The notes under the pieces were generated by a model. The model was not told the DNA's origin. It worked only from the letters and a program-made list of their open reading frames with translations, and made no database searches. From Takakia lepidozioides (Eukaryota; Plantae; Bryophyta), in NCBI GenBank assembly GCA_030704615.1, contig CM060733.1:15872001-15936000 (forward strand): a stretch of 64,000 nt of DNA. The letters are read 5' to 3'. This document shows positions 39,201 to 51,060 of the stretch, in pieces; the first letter of the stretch is position 1; the number at the start of each line of letters is the position of its first letter. The translations under genes and the position numbers were made by a program.

Positions 39201-40910
39201 TGCACCAAATGGTTTTCTACCTTGACACAAGTGAACGTGATGACTCAAGAACATAGCAAGTGTTACTAAGAATCAAATAACCAAGATGGATTACCGAATA
39301 ACCTAAGTCTGAAGCTGCCTGGGTGGCCCATGCAAGAGCTTCGGCTTTCCTTGACGCAACGACTGTCTTAGGCAGAAAGGGCACATCATCAAACACAGCA
39401 AACGCTACCACTTTTTTCTCCAAATCCAGTTCAACCAGGGAGTAGAGTGACAATTCGCTGCATCAATAAGAGGGCCACATCATCCATGTAACTTGGGCTG
39501 GCCACTACAATAGTGCATACAATGTGGTAGCCAAGAACCCAGAAGTGATCAAGGCTCTTCCCTATTTTCAAGCAATGACCAGGTGAAGACGTATGGTTGT
39601 AGCATTTTTGGAGCATTTTCATTGAAATCCTCTAAGCACCTCAGTATAATACCAATGAGCCATCTCCATAGATCTGCTCATGATTAATTCAACTGATTCT
39701 CCATCTCGGAAAATTTTGTCATGAGAACAAAGGAAACAATTTATGTAAGCCATAGCAAAAACACCCAATACATAATGTTGATCACATTGGAAGTTTCAAG
39801 ATTGACAGCTACCATAATATATGACTTGTTTACGAAGCCCTGGTGAGTGGGTAGGAGCAGATGTCTCCGGCAAGATATTACTCTGGTTATTGAATGAGCC
39901 TCCAGTGTGGCCTGTTGTACTACCCCCATGATCTGGAAAAGACCAACAGGCTGATATCCTGCAGCTCCTTCAACTAATGAAGAAATATCATGGACATGGA
40001 TGGTGGTATTCCACTGCATCAACGAGAAAGAATAATTTCTGCTCCTAGTCCCTAGTTCAGTTGTAGGCTGTGTGCAATTCAAGGACCAAGAGGCTGGAAG
40101 CAGGTTCTTTTCTGAGCTCCTCTCGGGCATCTACATAGAGGACTTTCCTGCAAGAGAGGGGATTTAAGCTACATGCAGGATGAGCTACATGTCCTAGTAG
40201 ATACCTGTCGCAAATAATAGCGTTGCAGAATCTACACAAAACAACAAAATAGTGTGCAGATCCGTGGTTGTTTCGTCACTCTCTACTACAGTGACAATCG
40301 TCATCGGACCTATGCTGACAACCTTGAATTGACGTAAAGAAGACACAATCGATCACCCTCAAACACCCCTGCATATGATTGACCTCAGCAAGGAAGCCAA
40401 AGTCTAAGATAAGCGATCTCAACTCTTGATTTACCCCTCACAAATTCTAGAGGAAAGAACCTCTGTACACGAGGCATCGAGTGTTCATGTCATAATGCCT
40501 CCCACCCGAGCAAGTGAAGGTACTAATGGCGTCTCAAAATTACGTGCTTCCAGCATGAGACAGTCTCGGGGGACCAGCTCCATTTCATGTCGACTAGAAC
40601 AATCGATAACACTCTACATTTATTGGATCCCCATAACAATTAATCAGCTTGAGAAGTGTTTCATGTACATTGCCTCAAGGGCGTGCTAGGACTAGGTTAA
40701 TGGAAACGAATAAACTCCTTCGAATCATTAGCTTCATGTCCCTGTTTTCCCCAACTTAAGCTGATGTCAAGGGGATTACAAGAGCACGTCGACTTCAAAT
40801 ACACCGAACACCAAGCTGAGGTTTTGGAGCTCCTTGGGCCCCCAAGCCTTGACCACTTCGGCTGCATCATTATCCTCTGCCAACCTTATCGAGACAGCCT
40901 CAGGTGCCAT
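27287..40910 (-). CDS. CFAP61: Cilia- and flagella-associated protein 61 (FAP61) homologue, with an apparent frameshift in the penultimate exon
   Basis: Proposed exons 40780-40910, 39295-39457, 38968-39100, 38528-38618, 37874-38069, 37265-37369, 37010-37100, 36619-36776, 36109-36285, 35410-35524, 33430-35013, 31604-32221, [30465-30521 and 28978-~29094 uncertain], 28599-28702, 27867-28409, 27287-27584. Motifs LKVRTALVENYDDLSP, NLFCIRMLCLEEEYESRAIDLL, LNPIYRGHSRFFLREIMR, VNSRIVVVGAS...FDWLVLATG (FAD-Rossmann-like), IYDGRVIVD, IFHDKF, LPTY fit CFAP61. Confidence 0.88.
29700..30330 (+). mobile_element. RTE-like LINE 3' fragment in a CFAP61 intron
   Basis: SWYARV...IRRELMELHI...RALGRFRMGS..IETGRWENL...EEHF..., homologous to 53160-53644; frameshifted. 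Confidence 0.85.
30720..31230 (+). mobile_element. Stack of short RTE-like 3' ends with (CATTT)n tails
   Basis: Repeated GCTCTTTGA.CTTCCC.TGGAC.TTA.AAGT, tails at ~30970-30995 and ~31213-31230, and a fragment LGRFRVGS...EDRLCPSC...IETEEHFFF at 31010-31190. Confidence 0.75.
32490..32610 (+). mobile_element. Short RTE-like 3' fragment
   Basis: CPTC...EIESEEHFFF joined to GCGGACATTATAAA and a CATTTC tail, as at 31190-31230. Confidence 0.6.
34170..34610 (-). repeat. Coding ~39-bp (13-aa) degenerate tandem repeat inside the largest CFAP61 exon
   Basis: EPKPTSIDGSTPA / ESKPATIEGVTAV / EPKPESVEVTALV / ESNQTSGSGSTPV / ESKPMNNEGSTPA / DTNPTSVEESTLQ / DPKLGSTDGTYPD / DPNLESVEGNPTL. Confidence 0.8.
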
Positions 40911-42304
40911 TCCTATAGAGAACAAGAAACGAAAGAGAAGACAGCGGACATTTAGTACAGAATCACGGCATTTTGACTGCTTCTGAGCGATGCGAACTAG
41001 ATTGAATCCTGCACTAGTTGACGTTGGAGGTGCATTAGATTGTGTATTGATGACTGCATTACCGAGAGAATCAGAGCTTGCAGAAGGTCGGAGTAGGTTA
41101 GGTGGAGACTGTCGCTTTAGCCCAAGGCTAGGGATGTTGGAAATCGATAGACGAAAACGTAGACGAACGAACAAACTCCGCCACGAGAAACCAGTTATCA
41201 ACTCCAATCTTCAACCGTCAAAACAATGGCATCGTGTGCATCCTTCCCCCAAGAAACTTATTTCTCTCCAACGAAAGAATCAGTAGGAAAGGAGCTGAAT
41301 CAGCGCCCGAGCATTAGCGACGGCCGGCTGGAGATACTCATCGTAGGACATTGTTTGCCTTGTGGCCACATACCCCTTGCCCAGAACAAGAGGTAAGAGA
41401 CACTATCTTTGTGAGGAGCACACTCCAGTAGCAGCAGACCTGTGGCCTCCTTATGCCATAGGTCTAATCCCTCTTTCTCCTTCTTGCTCGCCAACAGGTA
41501 TGTAGGAGGGACTACCCGATTGTGAATGAACTGTTCCGATTTCCTCAAGAATGATTATGAGCGCCAAATGCAAATGGAGTTACTGATGTCGGCCTATTCT
41601 GTCAAGTGTTTCGGATTACAAGAACTGAGGAGCATTGTCGTTGGTGATCGCACCGGGCGTATGGAGCGACAAGTCCTTGGTAAGTTCTTTCGGGGCCAAC
41701 TTACTAAGTAGGTACTATCTACATGGAGGTATGCTCTGGTCTTTGTAGCAGCATACGAAAGCCTACAAAGTATCCAACCGCCCGACTTTCTTGACAGACA
41801 TTCGACGACAGATGTGGTGAGTTTTGAAGTTGAGTCCTAGAAAGAGGTTGGTTGCTGTGTTCCGGCCTTGCACCATGGCTGACAGTAACTCTTCTACGTT
41901 GGGATCAAGGCCAAAAGAGGCTGGAATGTTGAAGAGTCGTTAATATCTCATGTAATTAAAGAAGTTACAGTGAGGCCTCTCATGGATCAAATAGAGTCTT
42001 AAATACACATGCTTGACGCTTACAGAAAAAGGGGCACCCAACCAGGGCTTTTTTTTTCATTTTGGCTTAGAAGCGCAGATTGCTACAAAATTTGAAGGCT
42101 GGCTGGCAAAGGTGGCGATGACATAGATGCTTAGCTAAAAATCAACTGGCTACAGGCTATTTCATTTGCATGCAATATGGCGATTTGAGTATTTTGTGTA
42201 TGCATTGGATAGGCGATACAAATAAAAATTGAGGCATAAAGTAGTGGTTACAAGAGGCCACATATAGTTACAATGTGGCTACAATGCCATAGTCGAAGTG
42301 CATT

Positions 42305-42795
42305 TGCTGGCACTAGAGCCTAATCTTAAGTAGCAAAGTGGCACCATTGCCTAATGTCAAGAAGCAATGTAGGCATAACAGTCTATTTAAAATCTGAAAT
42401 CTGAAATTTATTGATCGAGTCTTAAACTGGGCAGCAAGCATCATGGCCTCAATATCAAATAACAAAATGACACCATAGTCCAATTTGAAGGAGCAAACTC
42501 GTACCAATGTAGGCATGCCAGCCCACTCACAATCTGAAATCTAAAATAATTAATCAAAGAAGTCCAAAGATGGCCAGCAAAAACCATAGCCTCAATTCCA
42601 AGTAGCAAGATGGCACCATTGAGGATGGTGAAGGAACAAATTGATACCAAGTGAGGCAGGACAGCCCACTCACAATCTGAAATCTGAAACTAATTAATCA
42701 AAGAAGCCCTACAATGGGCCAGTAAACATCACGAACTCAATTTCAAATTACAAGGTAGCACCATAGCCCAATGTGAAAGAGCAATATGGTACCAA
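42305..42795. repeat. Degenerate tandem repeat, ~140-143 bp unit, ~3.5 copies
   Basis: AATCTGAAATCT at 42391, 42531 and 42674, with recurring CACCAT and AGCCCACTCAC in register. Confidence 0.75.
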
Positions 42796-43380
42796 AAAAA
42801 AAACTACAGTATAAAGATCTTAGACGAAATTTTGAAAGCAAGCTGCGAGGAGAGATGGTAATGGTGAAGCTCCGTAAGGCTGCGCGCAGTGGCGACGGCA
42901 TGCCCTTGCTGCGGCCAAAACCCTGGCGATCCAACGATCTAGGTCGTGCTGCATGGCGAGATCTCTACCGTTGATCGCGCGATGGGGCGACAGCTGCTAG
43001 ATGTGGGGCTGTGGGGATCATGTATTTATGGCGCAACTTGCATGTTCCCTTGGAGCTTTCTGGCACCAGCCCGTGCGCGTGCCCTTATTTTTTGGCGCAT
43101 TTTTTGTTGGCTCCTCCCTCAAGATCAGTGCTGAAAAGAGTGTCGATACTCTTGTGCTTGAAATCTGATCTCTTGGATGAATCTGGACCCACACTCTATC
43201 CCTGCTCCGAGCTAACGAGCTAACTGACAAAATTCAATATGCATCTCAGGGCCGAGTCTGATGAGAGGGCAAAACAGGCTGATATAGGTCTAAGAAGAAG
43301 GTGCTCTCACCACATTGTCCTTGAATAGAGATGCATGACAACTCTGCCTCTAGCAAGCATTGCTGAATCTCGAACACTTC

Positions 43381-43640
43381 AAGCACACCACCTGTCACGC
43401 GACGTCGTTCAGGCATATTATTGAACACTCCCTCCGCATCCTCAATGCTCCCACATTTGGCATATGTGTCCACGAGGGTATGGTTCAGTACGTACAATTC
43501 CAGCTTTGGCGATGCAACCATGCACCTCTTTGCCCTTTTCCAGCACACGCACTGCAAACACATACAAACGTGATGTGGTCGGGCTTCACCTCTTCCCCCA
43601 TCATTTGCTCATAGGTCTCCAAAGCCTCCATCCCGCACCC
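43381..43640 (-). pseudogene. PLS-class PPR gene fragment
   Basis: TLVDTYAKCGSIEDAEGVFNNMPER; frameshifted; near copy of parts of 45118-45540. Confidence 0.85.
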
Positions 43641-44344
43641 CTACAACCTATGTCAAACTTGACTTCAAACCAACTCTGAAATGAAGGCCATTGCATCAGA
43701 GTCAAACAGTTCTGTTCAAATTTCAACTTTTCTTTTCTCACTTCAATGTGAGTTCTATCCACAAGACCTCAACTTCAGTAAATACCTTCTCCATGACATA
43801 TCCCCTCCACTACACTTCTCCATAGCGTTCACCATCCAGTTGTTTTATGTTTCCGTATCACTCAAATTCTTGAACTTTACAACCTTCACTGGCTCACCCA
43901 ATGTCGAAAGCCATATTAAGACATTTCTATGTTTGATCCTTCATCTGCCAAGACAATCTACCTCAGCATGGATTTCCTCAATTCGTTGAGAGCTTGCAGC
44001 TTGCAAGGTGAACGATGGCAGAAAACGCAGAGCTCCTACAGTTCAAGAAGATCAAGATCCGGGCATTGTGGGCAGTTCCGAAAAAGTTGGCGCAGTGATT
44101 TCTATTGGCATATTTCGGACGGGCAGTCCGGGCAGATTCCAAAGAAATTGACGATGACGTGTCTACGATGATGTGGCACTATGGCACCCTATTCCTGCTC
44201 TACACTAAACTAGCTTCCGACCTTCGGTCGTCGCTAGAATTATAACTTTTGTTCCACTAGTTTTAATTTCTGTTTTGCTCTTTGGTACACATACTTGGAC
44301 TTTTTTCCCTTGCCCATTAGTTGCTACCTTCTTCATTTTAAGTT

Positions 44345-44947
44345 AACTTTTCCATCAAAGGCACTTTGCACATCAATTGCTCATATGTCTCCAATGCCTC
44401 CATTCCGCGCCCTTGCTGTGCATATTCTGCAATCATCGCCCTCCACGACACCACATCTCCTTCAGCCATACTGTCGAAAACTCCCGTTGCATCCTCGATG
44501 CACTCACATTTGACGTACATGTCTAGCAGGGCAGTGTTCGGAGTGACATTGGGTACAATTCCAGATGTGACGATGTCACCATGGACCACTTTGCACCTTT
44601 CCAGAGCTGCCAGGCTGGCATACGCATTGCAAATGCAAACAAACGTTATGCGGTCGGGCTTCACCCCTTCCCCCATCATTTGCTCATAGGTCTCCGAAGC
44701 CTCCATCCCACCCCTTGCTGTGCATATCCTGCAATCATCGCCCTCCACGACACCACATTTCTTTCAGCCATACTGTCGAAAACTCCCTTTGCATCCTTGA
44801 TGCACTCACATTTGACATACATGTCCAGCAGGGCTATGTTCAGGATGACATCTGGTACAAATCAGCTTTGACGATGTTACCATGGACCTCATTGCACCTT
44901 TCTAGGGCTGCCAGGCTTGCACACGCATTGCAAATGCAAACAAACGT
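44345..44947 (-). pseudogene. PLS-class PPR fragment, two tandem ~302-bp P-L-S units
   Basis: GVKPDRITFVCICNAYASLAALERCKVVH...TALLDMYVKCECIEDATGVFDSMAEGDVVSWRAMIAEYAQQGRGMEAL; unit repeated with frameshifts. Confidence 0.9.
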
Positions 44948-45117
44948 CAACAAGCTTCTCATCATCTATGTTATCTGTTTTTGGATACTTTCCTGCTGCC
45001 ACATCGGCAGTAACTTGTCAAAGTCACTCCTAACCACCACAGATACACCCAACGAGCTAACTTACAGAATTCAATATGCATCTCAGAGCCGAGTCTGATG
45101 AGAGGAAAACAGGCAGA

Positions 45118-45540
45118 TTCAGCCATATTGTTGAACATTCCCTCCACATTTGGCATACATATCCACAAGGGTATTGTTCATAATTACATTTGGTACATTT
45201 CCAGCTTTGACGATGCAACCATGGACCTCTTTGCCCTTTTCCAGGGCTGCCAGGCTTGCACACGCACACAAATGTTATGTGGTCAGGCTTCATCCCTTCC
45301 CCCCTCATTTGCTCATAGGTCTCCAAAGCCTCCATCCCGCGCCCCGGCTGTACACAGCCTGCAAGCATCGCATTTCACGACATCACATCTCATTCAGCCA
45401 TAATGTTGAACACTCCCTCCGCATCCTCAATGCTCCCACATTTGGCATACATGGTCCACGAGTATTGTTCATAATCACATCTGGTACAATTCCAGCTTCG
45501 GTGATGCAACCATGCACATCTTTGCCCTTTTCCAGGGCTG
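45118..45540 (-). pseudogene. PLS-class PPR gene fragment
   Basis: MYAKCGSIEDAEGVFNIMAE, GRGMEALETYEQMRGEGMKPDHITFVC; stops and frameshifts. Confidence 0.85.
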
Positions 45541-45757
45541 TCACCAGTAAATGGGCTCAGAAAAGTATTCATTCCACAGCTTCTCCTCATCTCTGTCACC
45601 TGTTTTTGGCTGTTTTCCTGTTGTGAGGGAAAAACTGGGTAAAATGTGTTGAAGAAGATGTCTTGATTAGCAATGCCTGATTTTATCAATTGTGCTGTTG
45701 CTTCTGCAGCTTCCAGTTGACCATCTACCCATGCAGGTTTCTTGTAGCTATCGATCC

Positions 45758-46973
45758 ACATGGAATCACACCTTCAGGTGGTGTTTGAGCGCTTGAGAGC
45801 GCACGGATTGATTAAATTACATCCGGGGAAGTGCAAGTTTCCACAAGTAGATTGAGTATCTGGGCCACATGAAATATCCTGGAGGATTGGGGGTGCAGCA
45901 GACTAAGGTAGAGGCCATCGCATAGATTCCACGCCCCACGGATGTGAGCCGAGTTTGAGCTTTCATGGGGTTGGCAAACTACTATAGACGGTTTGTCAAG
46001 GGATTTAGTGCTATTGCAAAGGCTCTAACCAAGCTGACCAAGGTAGACCAGGAGTGGCAGTGGGTAGATGAGCAAGAGCGAGCTTTTCAGGAGCTCAAGG
46101 CGAGGTTGACCTCGGCGCCCATCTTGAGACGACCTATCAGGGGGCGTCTCTTTCAGCTGCATACAGATTGGAGCATGTTGGGGCTTGGAGCGGTGCTCAC
46201 ACAGGTGGATGATGAGGAAAGAGAGTTCGTAGTGGCTTATGCTAGCCGCTCAAACAACGCTGCAAAGTCTAAGTATAGCTCATATGAGGGGAAATGCTTA
46301 GCTGCAGTGTGGGCCGTGGCACACTTCAGGTGCTATTTATACGACAATCTCTTCACCCTTGTCACGGATCACCAGCCACTCAAGTGGTTGATGGAGTCAG
46401 ACAAACTTACGGGGAAGCTTGCACGGTGGGCACTTATACTCCAAGAGTATGACTTTCAGGTTATGCATCGCCCGAGTTTGGTCAATAGGGATGTGGATGG
46501 ATTGAATCGCAATACATGCACGCCAGCAGGATGACACTGGAGCTCGGTGGCATGGTGGGACGGACAAGGAGATGGTGCCGGGATGGCATACATCTGTCTT
46601 TTTGTGTATCTTGGCATCCGGAGGTCAGGTTGGACCTACAACAGGGATGATTGTAGACGGAGTGTCTGAGGACCCTGAGGCTAGTGATGAGCCAGGTGGT
46701 GCTAGAGATATACATGAGGATTCGGTTGTGTTAGACTACCTCCACACTGGAGACACGGCAGCTAGTGTGACTGCCAAGGAGAGGGATCGGATCCTACAAT
46801 GAGCCAAGAGGTTCAAGTGGGAGAGGATACACCTTCTTTGAGTGTAGGAGGATGGTCAGGTGAGGATCGTGCCTCACCCAACACAGCGTGCACGGTTAGT
46901 GCGGCATGTCCATGAGGAGTTGGGGCATTTTGGAGTGCGACGCACTCATAGTCTACTGTAGTGGCAGTATTGA
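45758..46973 (+). mobile_element. Ty3/gypsy pol fragment (RT C-terminus, RNase H, start of integrase zinc finger), degenerate
   Basis: LHPGKCKF, FMGLANYYRRFVKGFS, LHTDWS..GLGAVLTQ, VVAYASRS, LVTDHQPLKWL, KLARWALILQEYDF, RHVHEELGHFGVRRT; cut at 46973 by the CACTA terminus. Confidence 0.93.
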
Positions 46974-46989
46974 CACTATAGGAAAAGGG

Positions 46990-47650
46990 GGGCCTTTGCG
47001 ACGCCCGCGCCACGCCGCAGCGTCGGGAAAACGCCCTTTCCGGGCACACGGGAGGCGCAAAATTTGCGACGCCCGGCCGTCGCCCTGCAGTCGCAAGGGT
47101 GTCGCCAAAATGACGTCGCAAAAATGCGACGTATGGGGGTCGCAAGCCCCCACCCCAACTCCCGCGACTGCCGGACATCGGTTTTTTCAGGCCGTCCGCG
47201 CCGATGGCAGGAGCCTCTTCGAGCGACGTCGCGCCGTCGCAGCCCTCCAGCCAACGGCATTGGTGGGGGCGTCGGCGCGGCGTCGCATCCCATTTTTTTT
47301 TCTAACCTGCCCGGGAGTCAGCCGGGTGGTACGCCAAGCGACTATTGGGCATGGCACAAAACAGCAGGAGTCGGTCTCCGCCACGCCCGGGCGTGGGTTG
47401 TTGTGACCAGCCGGCGTCGCTTTTGTTTTAAATTTAATCAAAAAAAAAAAACGTGGCGCAGGCAGGGTGGCGGTCTCCACGACGCCAGGGCGTCGCGGCT
47501 TGCGACCCCCGGACTAAAAAACATGTCGCAGGGGGTGTCGGGTGTTGCTGCCCGCAAATGGGGTTTGCGACGCCCGACCGTCGCTGCGTGCGACCCCCCC
47601 CCCCCAAAAAAAAACACGTCGCCATTGGCGACGTGCTGCAGTCGCGAGGG
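46990..47650. repeat. CACTA subterminal repeats (TTTGCGACGCCC / GCGTCGC in both orientations)
   Basis: Many GCGACG/CGTCGC-core motifs in a GC-rich tract directly inside the CACTA terminus. Confidence 0.85.
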
Positions 47651-47924
47651 CAGCCTGGGGGGAGGGGTTAGGGGTTCATTTTGGGGGTGAATTGGGGGTG
47701 GTTTTCTGTTTTTTTCCTGGTTTTGTATTTGGGGATGAGAGAACTTACAGTTCCATTTCTCTGAATTAGCAGGTACACAATTGAGTAAGCATGAATCGAG
47801 GATGAGGACGGCGCGACACATGAATAAGATGGAAGATGGAAAGATGGAAATATATTTACAAGAAATGAGCTGAAAAGCTCACAAGGGTTCAGTAGACTGA
47901 CTCTGGGACCTACATGGACTAGGA

Positions 47925-48885
47925 CTAGTCATCCTCATCCTCATCCTCAGTGGAGGACTCAGAGCTATCCGATGAGCCTGATGACTCCGCGCCCTTGGCC
48001 AAAGCACGTAAATGAGGCGGCGTTCCCCTAAGTCCCACAGAGCTCTCATCCAATCCCTGGGCATGACCCTCGACCTCATCCATACTAGTGCCCTGTAGTG
48101 CACTCATCCCCTCTGTGTTGGCCATGTTCTTCATGAGGGATTGCCAACCATGCTCCTTAGCGTAGTTGTACTCTAACGGAGATGGCTTCCTCTCAAACGC
48201 GCGTTGCTACACATGCCACAAATTAAAGTCAGTTCTTCGCGATGATGGAGCCAAAAAGAAGACATAACAAAATCCATAGGGAAGTACGACTTATAAATCG
48301 CAAGATAAAACCCTTGGATCCGCCGGTGCCCCACTGTGTGTGTGGATTCGTGCTTGTCAAGGCGGACTGTTGTTGCTTCGCGTGCCCGGTCAAATTTGGC
48401 CTTGTTTGCGGCATCAGTCTCTCCGGCAATGAGTGCATCCCACGATACATATGCAACCCCCCCCCCCAACAATTAGTGAATTACACACATACGTTGCATC
48501 GAATCCACCTCATTAATGCACATGCGACAAATGGAAGGTGACATGATTCAGGATTTGCCAACCTGTGTAATTCCATAAGGTGGTTTGGGTATGGCCCCCT
48601 TTTCCATTGCCCTCTGAATGATGTGTCTGGCACGGTACCTCCTGTCCTTCAAGTTTCACCCCACCATCTCTATCACCCTTGTGTCACTCCAATTGCCCGG
48701 AAACCGGCGGTCTAACTCACGGGCATACGCCCGCTTTGCGCCAAAGTGCTGATCAGCCCACTCGATGTGCAAAGGGAACCACCTCAATGCGAGTTCGAAG
48801 GCTGACTTCTTAATAGCCTCCCACACTAGAAGCATTCGTGTCTTTTCCGATTCGACTGCATGTCCGCGACCACTCTGGGAACCAC
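47925..48885 (-). pseudogene. 3' exons of a second CACTA-associated (TnpA-like?) gene, 5' part missing
   Basis: Open exon-like pieces (RMLLVWEAIKKSAFELALRWFPLH...; GETDAANKAKFDRAREATTVRLDKH; acidic tail ending EDEDEDD* at 47925) downstream of TnpD. Family inferred from position only. Confidence 0.4.
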
Positions 48886-51060
48886 TTGGTAGTAAACGGG
48901 CTGGTCTATTTGGATCAGGCCTTAGCCACAGATGTGACCGTATCCCTTCAATCTCCATGTCCTTTCGTACGTTTATCGTATCCGTCTCCCCAAAGATAGT
49001 CTTCAGAATGTTCTCGCAGAAGTTCTTCTCACAATGCATGGGATCCAGGAGGTACCGCTGCAAGAGGTTCTGAAATGCCAAATGTCCTCCCATGAGACCA
49101 AGTTCTATGGGCAAAAAAAGTAGAATATGTGGCAGAAGTTGTCCATGTTACTACATTCTGCTTTCAACAACTCCACGATCATCTCCACAGTGAGGTGTAC
49201 GACTTCAACATCTACTGCATAGTAGTTACACTGACTTAGGAGTTGGTGGAAGGACTCCTGACAGTAAAGGTAATTCCAGGAAGCACAATGTGAAAGAAAG
49301 TGAGTGAATGGGGGGGGGGGGATTCATGCACCTTCCAGTATGGCAAATCCCAAAGGATTGTCCGGCGCTTCACCCTGTGCTCCATGGCTGGATCCGCACT
49401 ACTTCCGTCTCCCTCCAATCTCCATGAACGCCTCTTTCTCCTTTGCAAATTGCAATGTCTCCTCCGGTGTCACAGCATTTGGTGCCATTCTCTTTTCAAC
49501 ACATCCATTGAAGTGCCTTCCTGCTCGTCGGTAGGGGTGGTTTCTTGCAAGGTGACGTCGATGCCCCATGTATATTGTCTTCCCTAGTGGCTTTGAGTGC
49601 CGTGAATCCACATAGGGCCCACAAATGGGGCACCCTTTGTAGCCCTTCGTCTTGCAACCCGCAACAAGGCCATATGCGGGGAAATCATGGATTGACCACA
49701 TGAGTATGGCACGGAGGGTGAAACTCCGTTGCCCTACTGGTTTCAAAATGTCATAAGCTTCAACTCCAATCCATAGTTCCTGTAGCTCTTCAATCAATGG
49801 TTGCAAATACACATCTATGTTTGCATTTGTCACGGACTCCTTGCCTGGAATCAAGAGAGACAACATGACAAAGAATTTCTTTGTTGTCAACCATGGTGGC
49901 AGGTTGTATGCCACCAACTGCACGGGCCATGTGGACCATGTGCAACTCTTTGATCCGTATGGGTTTACTCCATCCGTAGATACAGCCAATCGCACATTGC
50001 GTGGGTCCTCGGCAAAATCGGGCCAAGTTGCATCTATATGCTTCCATGCAAGGGAATCTGGGACATGCCTTACCAAACCATCGTTTGAGGCATTCCTGGA
50101 ATGCCAAGTCATGAGCTCACTAATGGTCTTGCATTTGTACATTCGTAATAGACGGGGGATAAGGGGAAAGTGCCTCAACACCTTGGCTGGCTGTTGTAAC
50201 CTGCCCACATCATGGTATCGGGCTGCACCGCATTTGGGGCACTCCATAGCATCCTTGTACTCTCTTCTGAAAAGTACATGTCCTTTTGGACATGCATGTA
50301 TTTTCACGTAGTTGAGGCCGAGCTTCCCAATCATTTGGTTGGCCATGTGACAGCTTTTTGGCATTTCATTTGGTTGTGGAAGCAAGTTCAGCCGAAGCAA
50401 AGAGAACAACTCGTCCACAAAATGGTCTGAGACACCGTGGGTTGTGCATAGGTTCATCAACAGCATGGTGGCAGCAAGCTTTGTGGATTTGCATCCCTCG
50501 TACAGTGGCACACATGCTTCTTCTAGTGTCATGTGTGCAGAATTCAATTCTCCATCTCCACCTCCTTCCACGCCTTCCCCCACGTGAATGCCTTCATTTC
50601 CTGCGTCATCACCATCCCCAGTTGTCGCAGCGCCGTCCCCCTCTTCAGCATCGTCCATGATGTGGAATGCATCCTGCAACATTCGAGTAATCTCCACCCC
50701 TCCGTCCATGCCTGGTTCATGTCCTGCGCCCATGACATAGTCCTCGTCTAGCCTGTCTGTATGGCTCCCTCGGGGGTGTGCATTATCCAATTGTGCCCAC
50801 TCCTCATCGTCTTCGTCTGCAGGTCCATCTCCAATCCACACCCGAAATGCTTCATGTCTTTTGTGGTGAAGGAGATGTGTGCGCACACCGTCCTCAGATC
50901 TACTTGTAGTGCCCAAACAACGTTCACATGGGCATGGCATCCTTGAAAGCCCAAGGGCTCGGGCACGTGCCACTTCTCTTTCCCACAACCTGTCATCTCG
51001 GGTGTTCTGTCTACAGGGGTGATTAATTGGAAGTCCTCCGCATGGACGAGGGGAACTCAT
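48886..51060 (-). pseudogene. CACTA TnpD/Tnp2 transposase (transposase-associated domain plus Transposase_21), frameshifted and 3'-truncated
   Basis: ORF 49399-51060: MPCPCERC, KIHACPKGHVLF, CPKCGAARY, VLRHFPLIPRL, DPRNVRLAVSTDGVNP, YNLPPW, IDVYLQPLIEELQELW, WSIHDFPAYG, GYKGCPIC. Frameshift at ~49410, then ILWDLPYWK, intron 49070-49331, LDPMHCEKN. Similarity ends at ~48886. Confidence 0.93.

Noticed and set aside
40205-40315. Extra CFAP61 exon in intron 1 (IGPMTIVTVVESDE...)
   Set aside because: No resemblance to CFAP61, and exon 1 splices in phase directly to 39457.
41300-41943. Possible decayed gene (vaguely F-box-associated-like)
   Set aside because: Many stops and no motif I can assign with confidence.
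46813-47821. Several 100-200 aa Arg/Gly/Ala-rich ORFs
   Set aside because: They are by-products of the GC-rich CACTA subterminal repeats.
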